A DNA stretch of 64,000 bases, from assembly GCA_023819145.1 (NCBI GenBank), contig JAMWCW010000002.1, positions 75,231 to 139,230 on the forward strand. Reading direction: 5' to 3'. The translations under genes and the position numbers were made by a program. The notes under the pieces are model-generated. The model was not told the origin of the DNA, searched no databases, and saw only the letters and a list, made by a program, of their open reading frames with translations. Shown in pieces: positions 1-9,597 of the stretch. Source of the stretch: Candidatus Omnitrophota bacterium. Lineage in GTDB: Bacteria; Omnitrophota; Gorgyraeia; DTHP01. The first letter of the stretch is position 1; each line of letters begins with the position of its first letter.

Positions 1-206
1 TCATTACGCACATCTCCTAGAACTCTTTTTATGTTTTTAAATTTTCCCAAATAGTTCCAGTTATATTCTACCGAATCCTTATCATAGCCAAAAAGTTTTG
101 AACGCATAAGATTGTCCAAAACAACTACATCGTTATCCTTTTTTGCAAAGTATTCTGCGCAATGCGAACCCACAAGCCCTGCTCCTCCGGTAATAAGAAT
201 TTTCAT
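1..206 (-). CDS. NAD-dependent epimerase/dehydratase (extended SDR), 5' part; runs off window edge
   Basis: Manual translation from ATG at 206: [36 protein letters not shown] (GxxGxxG Rossmann motif); SD AAGGAGG at 211-217. Confidence 0.85.
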   Translation of the reverse strand, partial: MKILITGGAGLVGSHCAEYFAKKDNDVVVLDNLMRSKLFGYDKDSVEYNWNYLGKFKNIKRVLGDVRN

Positions 207-219
207 TTTCCCTCCTTTT

Positions 220-1416
220 TTATTTTATAAACTCTTTATTTAGGAATTTCAAACGCAATAAACTTAAAAACAAAAAGAGTGCACCTATGGTAACACAGGA
301 ATAAATTTCAAAAATATCCGCCAGTTTCCCCCCTATTATTTCTTCCGAAAATAAAGAACAACAAACAAACGAAATAATTATAGAAACCAGAATCCACTTA
401 TTTTTCACCTCTGCTTTAATAAGATAATAAATCAAAATCATATAGGAAGGTAAAAGCCAGATATAAAAATATCTCCAAGAATTAGGATTAAATAAAGCAA
501 TACAAATAGAAATTAGCGAAAAATCATACATAATCTTTCTGCCGGGGATTATCGCCAATAGATAAAGTATCATTGCTACAACAATAAAAATAATATTGAC
601 TGTTTTCTGAGGTAAATAAAGAAGATTTACTTTATAAAAACTTTCTTGAGAAAAAAACCTGTTTAGGCAGGCAAGAAGTGATTGGTTAGGATAACAGGTT
701 AGGGAATAGTTATCCAAAGAACTCTTAAACAAAAAACACGTCCCCTCCTTCAGAAGGGTCCAATTGGTTTTCCAACCTAAGAAGATGGCGGGTATTAAAT
801 TAAAGATAATAATAAATACTATAACTTTCGTTAAAAAACGGAGTTTCTTTCTTAACAAAAACCAGGGCAGAAACAAAACTGTCATATACTTTATCATTAT
901 AGAAAAAGCGATAAGGAAACTGGCTAAATTTTCTCTGTTTTTATCAAAAAAGTATAACCCCAAGAAAAACAAACACATCATTAAAATATTAGATTGACCT
1001 TGATGAAAATTACCAGTAATAAACCTAAGGGAAGTAATCACACTAAAAAAATAAAATAAAGTATAAGCCTTAAACTCATCTTTATTTTCTATGATTAATT
1101 CTTTTAAGGTGTAAATCAACAACAGGAAAAACAATATATTTGCTAAAAACCAAACGCTTGCAGCGGTCCGTTCAGAAAGTCTGGCAAGAAAGGATATTAG
1201 AAACGCATAGAAGGGAGGGTATTTATAATAAGAAATTCCCCCTTCAAAGGTATAAATTGGCTCTCTCTCTACAAATCTTTTCCCTGCGTGATAAAGCATA
1301 TGAAAATCTGAAAAATTTCTCTTTGGAGCGCGGTATCGATATTGTACGAAAAATCCAGAAAATAAAACTATTACTAGTAAAACTTTCCAGAATATATGGA
1401 AATTTATTTTCATCAT
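220..1416 (-). CDS. GT87/DUF2029-family polytopic GT-C glycosyltransferase
   Basis: Multi-TM; DF..Y, YKYPP, GQSN and IK motifs typical of GT87. Confidence 0.8.
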   Translation of the reverse strand: MMKINFHIFWKVLLVIVLFSGFFVQYRYRAPKRNFSDFHMLYHAGKRFVEREPIYTFEGGISYYKYPPFYAFLISFLARLSERTAASVWFLANILFFLLLIYTLKELIIENKDEFKAYTLFYFFSVITSLRFITGNFHQGQSNILMMCLFFLGLYFFDKNRENLASFLIAFSIMIKYMTVLFLPWFLLRKKLRFLTKVIVFIIIFNLIPAIFLGWKTNWTLLKEGTCFLFKSSLDNYSLTCYPNQSLLACLNRFFSQESFYKVNLLYLPQKTVNIIFIVVAMILYLLAIIPGRKIMYDFSLISICIALFNPNSWRYFYIWLLPSYMILIYYLIKAEVKNKWILVSIIISFVCCSLFSEEIIGGKLADIFEIYSCVTIGALFLFLSLLRLKFLNKEFIK

Positions 1417-2093
1417 TTCAATCTATATAAAAACAATTTTATAAAAGAAATTATCCCATCTTTCGCTTTTATCTTTTTTCCTTCGCGATATCTTCTCCCT
1501 CGGTATTCTATAGGAACCTCAATTATTTTTATTTTATTCTTTAAAACCTTAGAAGTAAGTTCAACTTCTATATCAAAACGGTTACTTTCTATAACAAATT
1601 TAGATATTATATCCCGATAAAAAAGTTTATAACAGGTTTCAATATCTGTAAGATGAGCTCCATATAAAAAATTAGTAAAAAAAGTCAAAATCCTGTTTGC
1701 CAAATATTGTAAAGGACTAAATTTTTTAAAACTACCCTTTAAAAACCTTGAGCCATAAACTACCAAAGCTTTATTTTTATAAGCGGTATCTAATAACTTA
1801 TTATACTCTTCTGGATTATATTCTAAGTCCGCATCCTGTATGATTACATAATCTCCTTTTGCATATTTCAAAGCAGTCCGTATACAGGCTCCTTTTCCTT
1901 GATTCCAATCGTGGTAAATAATTTTAATATTATTCTTATCAGATAATCTCTTTAAATATTCATCCGTACCATCTATAGAACAGTCGTCTACAACAATTAT
2001 CTCTTTATAAATTTCTACCTGCTCAATCTGTTTAATTATTTCCCCAATAAAATCCTTTTCATTATAAACGGGAACAATTACCGAGAGTTTCAT
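1413..2093 (-). CDS. GT2 glycosyltransferase, polyprenol-phosphate (DPM1-like) sugar synthase
   Basis: VPVYNE, VDDCSIDGT, NQGKG, QDADLEY and GSRF motifs. Confidence 0.88.
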   Translation of the reverse strand: MKLSVIVPVYNEKDFIGEIIKQIEQVEIYKEIIVVDDCSIDGTDEYLKRLSDKNNIKIIYHDWNQGKGACIRTALKYAKGDYVIIQDADLEYNPEEYNKLLDTAYKNKALVVYGSRFLKGSFKKFSPLQYLANRILTFFTNFLYGAHLTDIETCYKLFYRDIISKFVIESNRFDIEVELTSKVLKNKIKIIEVPIEYRGRRYREGKKIKAKDGIISFIKLFLYRLK

Positions 2094-2096
2094 TTA

Positions 2097-2819
2097 TTAT
2101 TCTTTCCTTGCTTTGATAATAAGATGTCTACCTAAAAGCAATTCAGGAGAAAGAAGTAATCTATGTATTCGTGTATAATCAATTCCGCCTTTTTTAAGAG
2201 AACGAAATCTTTTAAAATAAAGTTGTAATTTTATTATGGGTTGAAATACAAAAGCTAACAATTTTTGCTGCGTTTTAATTAAATCTGTTAAGATCTTTTC
2301 AATACGTAGATTAGTAATCGCAAATAAATACTCAAGCTCTTGATAACGCCAAATCGTTACATGAATGTTTTTATTTCCAAAATACTCAGAATATTCTAAT
2401 GTTGGTTCTCGAAAAAAATCAAAACTTCCTTCGAAGAAAAACCTTAACCTTGATCTGATATTTAGTATATTTGGAGTAGATAAAATAATCAATCCCCCTG
2501 GTTTCAAAAGACGATTTATTTCTTGGATAACAAAATAAGGATTATACAGATGCTCTATCACCTCTAAAAACAATACATAATCAAAACTATTATCAGAGAA
2601 AGGTAATCCTTTGGTTATATCGCATTTTATAAATTCTATTTCATCTTTATATCTAAATCTCTTATCATCTATATCTAAAGCAGTTACTTGAAATCCTAAC
2701 TTTTTAATCCCAAAACTATAATCTCCGTCTCCACAGCCTATATCTAAAACTATTCCTCTTTTTTCTTCATTCATAATCTCTATGATTTTATCCAAAAGAA
2801 GGTTTCGTTTTTTACTCAT
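2097..2819 (-). CDS. Class I SAM-dependent methyltransferase
   Basis: VLDIGCGDG, EVIEHL and LKPGG..ILSTPN motifs. Confidence 0.88.
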   Translation of the reverse strand: MSKKRNLLLDKIIEIMNEEKRGIVLDIGCGDGDYSFGIKKLGFQVTALDIDDKRFRYKDEIEFIKCDITKGLPFSDNSFDYVLFLEVIEHLYNPYFVIQEINRLLKPGGLIILSTPNILNIRSRLRFFFEGSFDFFREPTLEYSEYFGNKNIHVTIWRYQELEYLFAITNLRIEKILTDLIKTQQKLLAFVFQPIIKLQLYFKRFRSLKKGGIDYTRIHRLLLSPELLLGRHLIIKARKE

Positions 2820-3588
2820 GTTTTATTCTTTTCTCCAGCATTTCCCTATATTTGGCATAGCTTAATAACTGATAAAGTCCAGAAAATACTGCTACCATAA
2901 AGCCATAAATCCCATCACGATAAGCTTTTTTTCTTAATAATCTCCTATAAAAAAACCTATCTAAAGTACGCCATAAAGCATGCCCAAAAGTCATTTTTCT
3001 TCCTGTAAGCATCCACTTTTCCGCCTCACGCGTAGTCTGATTGTTTAATTTATTTAAATAGTCACTAAAATTGCGATAAGAGTAATGAAGTAAATCGTTT
3101 TTTAAGCGCCCGCATTTTCCTTCTAAAAATGCCCGAGGATGAACCCCTACTTCTTCAAATCTAAACTTGTCTTTTCGGAACAATTTCAATTGCGGAGCGG
3201 GATACTCCCCTCCATATCTCAACCAGTAATCTCCAATGAAATTTCTTCGGGGTAGAGTATAACCATTAAATTTAAGACCTTCTGCAAAAATTTTGCATAT
3301 CTCATCCCGTAACATTTCGGTCACGCGTTCATCTGCATCTAAACTTAAAACCCAAAGATTCTTTGCTTGTTGATATGCCCAGTTACGCTGTTTTCCTTCT
3401 ATATCCATTTTTCTTTTCAAAACCTTTGCCCCCAAACTTTGCGCAATTTCTACAGTTCTATCAGTTGACTCATCATCAACTACAATTATCTCCTCAACCC
3501 AGTCCTTTACCGACAAAATACAATCCCTTATCCTCTCTTCTTCATTCTTTACCAATATCACTACAGTTAGAGGAATTTTCTTAATCAT
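2812..3588 (-). CDS. GT2 glycosyltransferase (WaaE/KdtX-like LPS core glucosyltransferase family)
   Basis: KNEE..I, VDDESTDRT, WVLSLDADE, VH and LLHYSY motifs. Confidence 0.85.
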   Translation of the reverse strand: MIKKIPLTVVILVKNEEERIRDCILSVKDWVEEIIVVDDESTDRTVEIAQSLGAKVLKRKMDIEGKQRNWAYQQAKNLWVLSLDADERVTEMLRDEICKIFAEGLKFNGYTLPRRNFIGDYWLRYGGEYPAPQLKLFRKDKFRFEEVGVHPRAFLEGKCGRLKNDLLHYSYRNFSDYLNKLNNQTTREAEKWMLTGRKMTFGHALWRTLDRFFYRRLLRKKAYRDGIYGFMVAVFSGLYQLLSYAKYREMLEKRIKHE

Positions 3589-3590
3589 TT

Positions 3591-4351
3591 TTAATACGGT
3601 CTTTTACCTTTCCTGAAAAGATTATAATATCCTGATACTTTAACCTTGAATTTTAAAAGACTAACGTTTCTTACGGAAATGCGATTAAATTCATATGGGT
3701 CTTTTAGATTGCATAAATCACTTCCCCGATTGGTAGTTAAACCTGCACTATAGCCTGCTTTTTTTACCATTTCTTTTATCTTTTCTGAAAACCCTCCTAT
3801 AGGATAACTAAAATATTTAACAACAACTTCGGTATTTTTCTCAATATCTTCTTTACAGCCATAAATTTCTTCCAGAGTTTTTCTTCATTTTGTATAGAAG
3901 GAAGATAAATATGATTTCTTGTATGCCCACCAAAATCTATAATTTTACTACCCACCATTTCTTTTATCTCATCCCAGTTTAAAAAATCAATTTCTTTTCC
4001 AACTTTCCCAGTAATTAAAAAAATAATTGCCGGAAAATTACATTCCTTAAGTATTGGATAAGCATAAGTAAAATTATCTTTATATCCATCGTCAAAGGTT
4101 ATCACCACTGTTTTGCGGGGAATTTTCTTTCTACTTTCCATTATCTCTAAAAATTCGTCTAACTTAATTATCCTATAATTAGCTTTCTTTAAATAGGCAA
4201 CCTGCTTTTTAAAATTATCGGGTTTAACCGAAAGGAGGTTATCATTATCGCTTATACTGTGATAAAGTAAAACAGGAATACTATATTTGGGAAAAGCCCA
4301 AATAATAAAAATTAAAATGCACAAAAAAATAACAAAAATTTCCTTCTTCAT
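3591..4351 (-). pseudogene. Polysaccharide deacetylase (NodB/CE4), frameshifted near 3872
   Basis: PVLLYH, TFDDGY and GHTRNH motifs in ORF 3797-4351; the C-terminus (EIYGCKEDIE..YFSYPIGG..AGY..TTNRG..RISV..KGKRPY*) continues in another frame to TAA at 3591. Confidence 0.8.
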
Positions 4352-4352
4352 C

Positions 4353-4385
4353 TTTTACATTTTAAGTTGAACTTTATTTGTCAAA
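4353..4385. repeat. 33-bp REP-like imperfect palindrome, copy 1 (overlaps RAYT 3' end)
   Basis: TTTTACATTTTAAGTT-G-AACTTTATTTGTCAAA; aligns without gaps to copies 2-4. Confidence 0.8.
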
Positions 4386-5236
4386 TTATACAATGTTTGA
4401 CGAGTGATACCAAGGATCTTAGCAATCTCCGAAACATTATATCCACGAGTTTGCAATCGTTTTGCCAGATAAATCACGCCTTCTTTATCCTGAGGAGCAC
4501 ATCTTCTCTTACTCTTGCGACACTCCTCAATCATCTTATCTATCGCTAATTCTTGCAGAAGAAAATCTTTTTTAATTGCTCCTTTAAAAAGAACTTGTGG
4601 GAATTTATGAATTATACACTTACAGAAATCAATTACTGCTCGAGGGTTTTCGTTTATATCTTTATATTCCAGACTCGGATAATTACTTAACATATCTTCA
4701 TAAATTTTGGCTGCTTTTTGTAAATCACCATCAATGATCTTAAGGATATAACTGCTTCTTATAAAACTTTTCTTTCCAGGATTTATATAAACTCCTACTG
4801 AAGACCAACGATAATCTTGGGCTTTTTTAACTAATCCTGCTTTCTGAGGATTAAGATGAATATATAGCGAACTACCAATAAGGTGTGTGTCATCTAAGCA
4901 AATACTTGCCCTATAAACCCCACAAAATACATGCCCTTTTCTTTGATATTTTGAATTAAAATTCAAGGCATAGGTAGTATTTAATGAATGCATAGCCTTA
5001 GAAAGGTTAGGCTCGTTTATTTTTAAAAGAAGATGATAATGATTGGGCATTAAACAAAAAGAAAAAGGTTCCAAGTTAAATCCTTTTACCCACTCTTTCA
5101 AAAGAGAAAGCATCCTGAAATAATCATCTTCTTCTACAAAAATCATTTCATTTCCTGGTGCACGTTGAGTAATATGATAAATCCCTCCCGCACTTATAAT
5201 TTTGTTCCTATACGAGAAATACAATCTTTCTTCCAT
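4355..5236 (-). mobile_element. REP-associated tyrosine transposase (RAYT, Y1 HUH) with C-terminal helix-turn-helix
   Basis: YHITQR, CLMPNHYHLL (HUH), YIHLNP (catalytic Tyr region) and YRWSS motifs; C-terminal VSEIAKILGITRQTLYN HTH. Confidence 0.88.
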
Positions 5237-5240
5237 CTAA

Positions 5241-5273
5241 TTTTACATTCTGTGTTGAACTTAAAGTGTAAAT
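5241..5273. repeat. 33-bp REP-like imperfect palindrome, copy 2 (upstream of RAYT; inverted relative to the others)
   Basis: TTTTACATTCTGTGTT-G-AACTTAAAGTGTAAAT; right arm is the reverse complement of the conserved arm TTTACACTTTAAGTT. Confidence 0.8.
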
Positions 5274-6391
5274 TTTATTAGATTATCACAAATATATTCA
5301 ATTTCTTTTTTTGTTAGATGCGGAGACATCGGTAACGATAAAATTTCATCAGCTACTTTTTCGGCAACAGGAAAATCTCCTTTCTTATAACCCAATTCTT
5401 TATACGCTACCTGTAAATGCAAAGGAATAGGATAGTGAATTAATACAGAAATTCCTTTTTCCCTCAATTTTTCAACAACTTTATTTCTATTTTTAACTCT
5501 TACTGCAAAAATATGATACACATGCTCTGCATAAGGTTCTTCTATTGGCAAAATAATATTCTTACGTTCCTCTAAATATTTAATATAAATTTTTGCATTT
5601 TTGCGCCGCATCTCGTTCCATTTATCTAATCTCTTTAATTTTGCAGATAAAATCACTGCTTGGAGAGTATCTAATCGTGAATTGTATCCTTTTATAATGT
5701 GTTCGTAACGCGACTTCCTTCCATAGTCTCTTAACATCAACAGCTTCTTATAAATTTTTTCATCGTTAGCCACCACTATTCCTCCATCTCCGCAAGCTCC
5801 CAAGTTCTTGGTGGGATAAAAACTGAAACAACCAACTTCTCCCATAGTACCCACTTTTAAATTTCGAGCTTCGGATTTCTGGCTTCGGATTTTATATATC
5901 GCTCCATGTGCTTGAGCACAATCCTCTACTATTTTCAAGTTATATTTTATCGCAATTTTTAAAAGTGGCTCCATATTTACCGCATGTCCATACAAATGCA
6001 CCGGGATAATCGCTTTAGTCTTTTTAGTGATTGCCTTTTCTACTTTAGAAACATCAAGATTATAAGTCTTTTCTTCAATATCTACAAACACAGGCTTTGC
6101 CTGAGTATAAGAAACCGCTAAAGCAGTGGCAATGTAAGTGAATACCGGAACAATTACTTCATCTCCTTTCCCAATGCCTAAACTCAAAAATCCCAAAAAT
6201 ATTGCATCGGTTCCCGAATTAACTCCTACTGCATATTTTGTTCCGATATATCTTGCAAATTCCTCCTCAAACTGCTTTTCCTTTTCTCCTAAAATAAAAT
6301 CCCCTTTGCTAAAAAGTCCATCTAACCCCTTATCTACTTCCTTTTCTATCTCCTGATATTGCTTTTTCAAATCCACAAATGGCACCTTCAT
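5261..6391 (-). CDS. DegT/DnrJ/EryC1/StrS PLP-dependent sugar aminotransferase
   Basis: NSGTDA, PVHLYG, EDCAQAHGA, SFYPTKNLG (PLP lysine) and GYNSRLD motifs. Confidence 0.95.
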   Translation of the reverse strand: MKVPFVDLKKQYQEIEKEVDKGLDGLFSKGDFILGEKEKQFEEEFARYIGTKYAVGVNSGTDAIFLGFLSLGIGKGDEVIVPVFTYIATALAVSYTQAKPVFVDIEEKTYNLDVSKVEKAITKKTKAIIPVHLYGHAVNMEPLLKIAIKYNLKIVEDCAQAHGAIYKIRSQKSEARNLKVGTMGEVGCFSFYPTKNLGACGDGGIVVANDEKIYKKLLMLRDYGRKSRYEHIIKGYNSRLDTLQAVILSAKLKRLDKWNEMRRKNAKIYIKYLEERKNIILPIEEPYAEHVYHIFAVRVKNRNKVVEKLREKGISVLIHYPIPLHLQVAYKELGYKKGDFPVAEKVADEILSLPMSPHLTKKEIEYICDNLIKFTL

Positions 6392-6418
6392 TTCATCATG
6401 CCTCCTATCTACTACCTC

Positions 6419-7507
6419 CTACAAGAGCATTCTTACTGCCTGCATTATCTCCTGTGGTTCTATCTCTTCAAGGCAAATCCTTCGTTCGCACTTTGGCATA
6501 CGAAACTTCCAATAGCAAGGTCTGCACGGAACATCTTTAGTAACTACAATGTGTTCAAAACTTGGCGGGTACGGTCCATAAACCTTTTCATTAACTGGCC
6601 CAAAGATAGAAACTGTCTTCACTCCCAAAGACACTGCCATGTGTAGAGGCCCTCCGTCGTTACAAATAATCAACCTACATTGTCTCATTAAACTTGCCAA
6701 AGTGCGCAGGTCTGTTTTCCCTGCAAGATTCAAAGGTTTATCTTTTGTCTTTGCCACAATCTCATCACAAATTGCCCTCTCTTTTTCATCACCAAACATA
6801 ATTATCTTTGCCTTATATAAGTCTCTCAAACGGCCTAATAAATTCGCCAATTTATCATACTTCCAGTGTTTTAACACCGCTTCCTTTCCCCAACTTGCCC
6901 CTCCTCCTGGAGCAATACCAATGATTAAATCTTCTCCCACAATAACACCGTTTTCTTTCAGAATCTGTCTTGCTTTTTCTTCCTCTCTAGCATCAAGATG
7001 AATCTCTAATTTTATCTGTTGAGGTTTTATATTTAAAAACCGGCACAATTCCAAGTAATGCGCTGGCACCGGCTTATAATGATAGCCATCAATCTTTATT
7101 TTGTGCGTGAGAAAAATACCCCTTTCTTTATAATCAAACCCAATCCGCTTAGGCACACGAATCAACCATAAAAAGAAATTATATTGTCTTCCCAAAGATA
7201 AATCTATGGCGATGTGAAATTTTCTTTTTCTAATTCTGCTTAAAAAAAGATAAAACTTCTTTACAAATGTAAATCTTGACCTTTTCCACAATGCCCGCCA
7301 TTCATCTTTCTCAAAAACAAATATTTCATCTATACAGGGGTTATTTTCCAGTAAAGGAGCTACCCGCTTATTGCAGAGATAGGCAATAAAACTATCAGGG
7401 AAACTATTGCGGATATTGCGCAATAAGGGAGTAGAAAATAAAACATCCCCAATTCCAAAAGGATTAATCACCAAAATATGTAAACTGCTTTTCTTCCAAT
7501 CAGCCAT
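6419..7507 (-). CDS. waaF: Lipopolysaccharide heptosyltransferase II-like (GT9)
   Basis: GIGDVLFSTP, K.W, NLAGKT, NDGGPLHMA and FGP motifs; C-terminal CRPC...C. Confidence 0.8.
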   Translation of the reverse strand: MADWKKSSLHILVINPFGIGDVLFSTPLLRNIRNSFPDSFIAYLCNKRVAPLLENNPCIDEIFVFEKDEWRALWKRSRFTFVKKFYLFLSRIRKRKFHIAIDLSLGRQYNFFLWLIRVPKRIGFDYKERGIFLTHKIKIDGYHYKPVPAHYLELCRFLNIKPQQIKLEIHLDAREEEKARQILKENGVIVGEDLIIGIAPGGGASWGKEAVLKHWKYDKLANLLGRLRDLYKAKIIMFGDEKERAICDEIVAKTKDKPLNLAGKTDLRTLASLMRQCRLIICNDGGPLHMAVSLGVKTVSIFGPVNEKVYGPYPPSFEHIVVTKDVPCRPCYWKFRMPKCERRICLEEIEPQEIMQAVRMLL

Positions 7508-7510
7508 AAC

Positions 7511-8614
7511 CTATTTTAGGCGATAAATATCTTCGAAAAAATGCATTGTTTTTTCTCCGGCAACTTTCCAAGAAAAATCCTTTGCCCTTCTTAATGACTT
7601 CTGGCGCAATTCCTGATTTAAATTTTTATCTTTAACTACTTTTAGAATTGCCTCGGCAATTGAATCAATATAACCAGGCTCAACTAGCAAGGCAGTATTC
7701 TTACCAATTTCAGCACAGGAAGAAGTATTTGAGGTAATCACCGGACAACCCGTCTGCATTGCTTCTACAATGGGCAAACCAAATCCTTCGTAAAAGGAGG
7801 GATAAACAAAACACTCACAAAGGTTATAAAAGAAATTGATATCTGTTTGTGGGAGATATCCTGTAAAAATAACTCTATCTTTTAAACTTAACTCTTCAAC
7901 CAAATTAAATACCTCATCTGTTCCCCAACCTTTCATTCCCACAATAACCAACTGGTGGGGAATTTCTTCTTTTAACTTGTTAAATGCAGAAATCAGATTT
8001 CTTAAATTTTTCCTTGGCTCAATTGTTCCTACAAAAAGAACAAATTTATCTTTTATCCCAAATTTCTTAAGCAGAGATTTTGCCTTTTCCTTATCTGTCT
8101 CTTTTAGAGGAAAAAATTCTTCTCCTGCGCCCAAGTGAATTACTTTAATTTTATCAGCGGAACACTTAAAATATCTTATAACATCCTGCTTGGTATTTTC
8201 TGAGACAGTCATTATCCCATCCGCTCTCCCCAAAGCAGAAGACATAACTCTGGTTACTTTTTCGACCGTATCAGAAGAATGTCCCTCTGGGTACGCTTTA
8301 ACTATCACATCATGAACTGTCAAAACAAATTTCTTTTCTTTGGGAGGAAAAAGGTCGTAACTTGAACTGTGGTAGAGATCTATTTTAGAAAAAAATACTT
8401 GTGGCCTTTTAAAAAATCTTTCCGTAAAGAAACGAAAGTTTTTGCTTTTTATTCTTGGGTTTTTCTTACCGCTAAAAGGCCTAATCCGACTGTAAAGCAA
8501 ATAGCGATGGTGATGGTCAATTTTAGAGATAATTTTAAGCAAATTGTAAGTATACTGACCTATGCCTGTCTTCTCATTTTTCACCGTTGAACGAATATCA
8601 ATTCCAATAACCAT
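7511..8614 (-). CDS. GT4 glycosyltransferase (MtfB/WbaZ-like mannosyltransferase group)
   Basis: TGIGQY, TVHD, GTIEPRKN and PSFYEGFGLPIVEAM motifs. Confidence 0.9.
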   Translation of the reverse strand: MVIGIDIRSTVKNEKTGIGQYTYNLLKIISKIDHHHRYLLYSRIRPFSGKKNPRIKSKNFRFFTERFFKRPQVFFSKIDLYHSSSYDLFPPKEKKFVLTVHDVIVKAYPEGHSSDTVEKVTRVMSSALGRADGIMTVSENTKQDVIRYFKCSADKIKVIHLGAGEEFFPLKETDKEKAKSLLKKFGIKDKFVLFVGTIEPRKNLRNLISAFNKLKEEIPHQLVIVGMKGWGTDEVFNLVEELSLKDRVIFTGYLPQTDINFFYNLCECFVYPSFYEGFGLPIVEAMQTGCPVITSNTSSCAEIGKNTALLVEPGYIDSIAEAILKVVKDKNLNQELRQKSLRRAKDFSWKVAGEKTMHFFEDIYRLK

Positions 8615-8695
8615 TCCAAATTTGGCTAAAAATTATTTTTTAAAAACGCAAGTAACAAACAAATAATTTCTTATCTTATTAATAACCCCAACCGT

Positions 8696-9562
8696 TTACC
8701 TCATATCTAAAAATGAAAACAATGCTTTTAATTTCTCTGCCTTCTTACCAAACCGCCTTAAATTAAATATTGCTTTCTGTTTATATCTTAAGAAATTATT
8801 TCTTGTTTTTTCTTTGCCTAAAAGCCGGCGATAATTAGGCCTGTGCCCGTCCTTAAGGGAATATTTTCCCTGTTTTTCTCTTCTCTTTTCTAAAAAATCA
8901 TCGCGAATCTGAAAAGCAAGTCCTAAATTCTTACCATAATTTTTAAGCGTTCGCAACTTTTTTTCTCCTATTCCTGCAAGAATCCCTGTAATTTCTAATG
9001 TGGAAATAAACAAAGAAGCGGTTTTATAAAGATGTACTTTTTCAATCTCTTCTCGGGAATAATTAAAATCGCTATACTTTAAATCAAGAAACTGCCCCAA
9101 GCTTATTCCCTCAATTCCTACTGCTAAGGTAATACTCTTTATTATCCTTTCAAACTGCAAAACATTAACTCTTAACAGTTTTGCATTATAAGCAATAAGC
9201 TCAATTCCTTTCATTAATAGTGCATAGGAAGAAAGAATAGCGTTTGCCTCGCCGCTTACCCGATGTAAAGCAGGTTTACCTCTCCGCAAAACCGCATCAT
9301 CCATACAAGGGAGGTCATCTAAAATAAGCGAACTGGTATGAATCATCTCCAGCCCACAGGCACTTGGCAAAAATTTCTTCGGGTCCTTACCCAACATTTC
9401 TGCCGTTATCAAAACCAATAGAGCGCGTATTCTCTTACCTTTCGCCAGAGTGCTGTAACGCATCCATCTTAATAACTCCCCCCAATTTTTGTTTTCGCTT
9501 TTCAAAAAACCACTCAATGCTTGATTAACCAACTTTTCTTTCTCTTTCCAATATCCTTCCAT
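8696..9562 (-). CDS. Short-chain polyprenyl diphosphate synthase (IspA/CrtE-like); probable start ATG 9562
   Basis: GKRIR, FARM motif DDLPCMDD..RRGKP, GQFLDL, KTASL; second motif FQIRDDFLE. Confidence 0.88.
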   Translation of the reverse strand: MEGYWKEKEKLVNQALSGFLKSENKNWGELLRWMRYSTLAKGKRIRALLVLITAEMLGKDPKKFLPSACGLEMIHTSSLILDDLPCMDDAVLRRGKPALHRVSGEANAILSSYALLMKGIELIAYNAKLLRVNVLQFERIIKSITLAVGIEGISLGQFLDLKYSDFNYSREEIEKVHLYKTASLFISTLEITGILAGIGEKKLRTLKNYGKNLGLAFQIRDDFLEKRREKQGKYSLKDGHRPNYRRLLGKEKTRNNFLRYKQKAIFNLRRFGKKAEKLKALFSFLDMR

Positions 9563-9564
9563 AA

Positions 9565-9597
9565 TTTTACACTTTAAGTTCAACTCAAATTGTCAAG
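9565..9597. repeat. 33-bp REP-like imperfect palindrome, copy 3
   Basis: TTTTACACTTTAAGTT-C-AACTCAAATTGTCAAG. Confidence 0.85.

Noticed and set aside
1557-1567. AAGTTCAACTT core matching the centre of the palindrome
   Set aside because: The flanking arms do not match and it lies in ordinary coding sequence; probably chance.
9563-9583. Extended N-terminus MNLKCKI of the polyprenyl synthase
   Set aside because: It is encoded by the palindrome with a TTG start; ATG 9562 is more plausible.
9565-9597. Reading the 33-bp palindromes as MerR/SoxR-type promoters (TTGACA ... TAAAAT on the minus strand)
   Set aside because: The spacer is 21 bp, longer than the 19-20 bp of MerR promoters; the -10 would be only 1 nt from the ATG; copy 2 lacks TTGACA; and no MerR gene is in the window. 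Not fully excluded.
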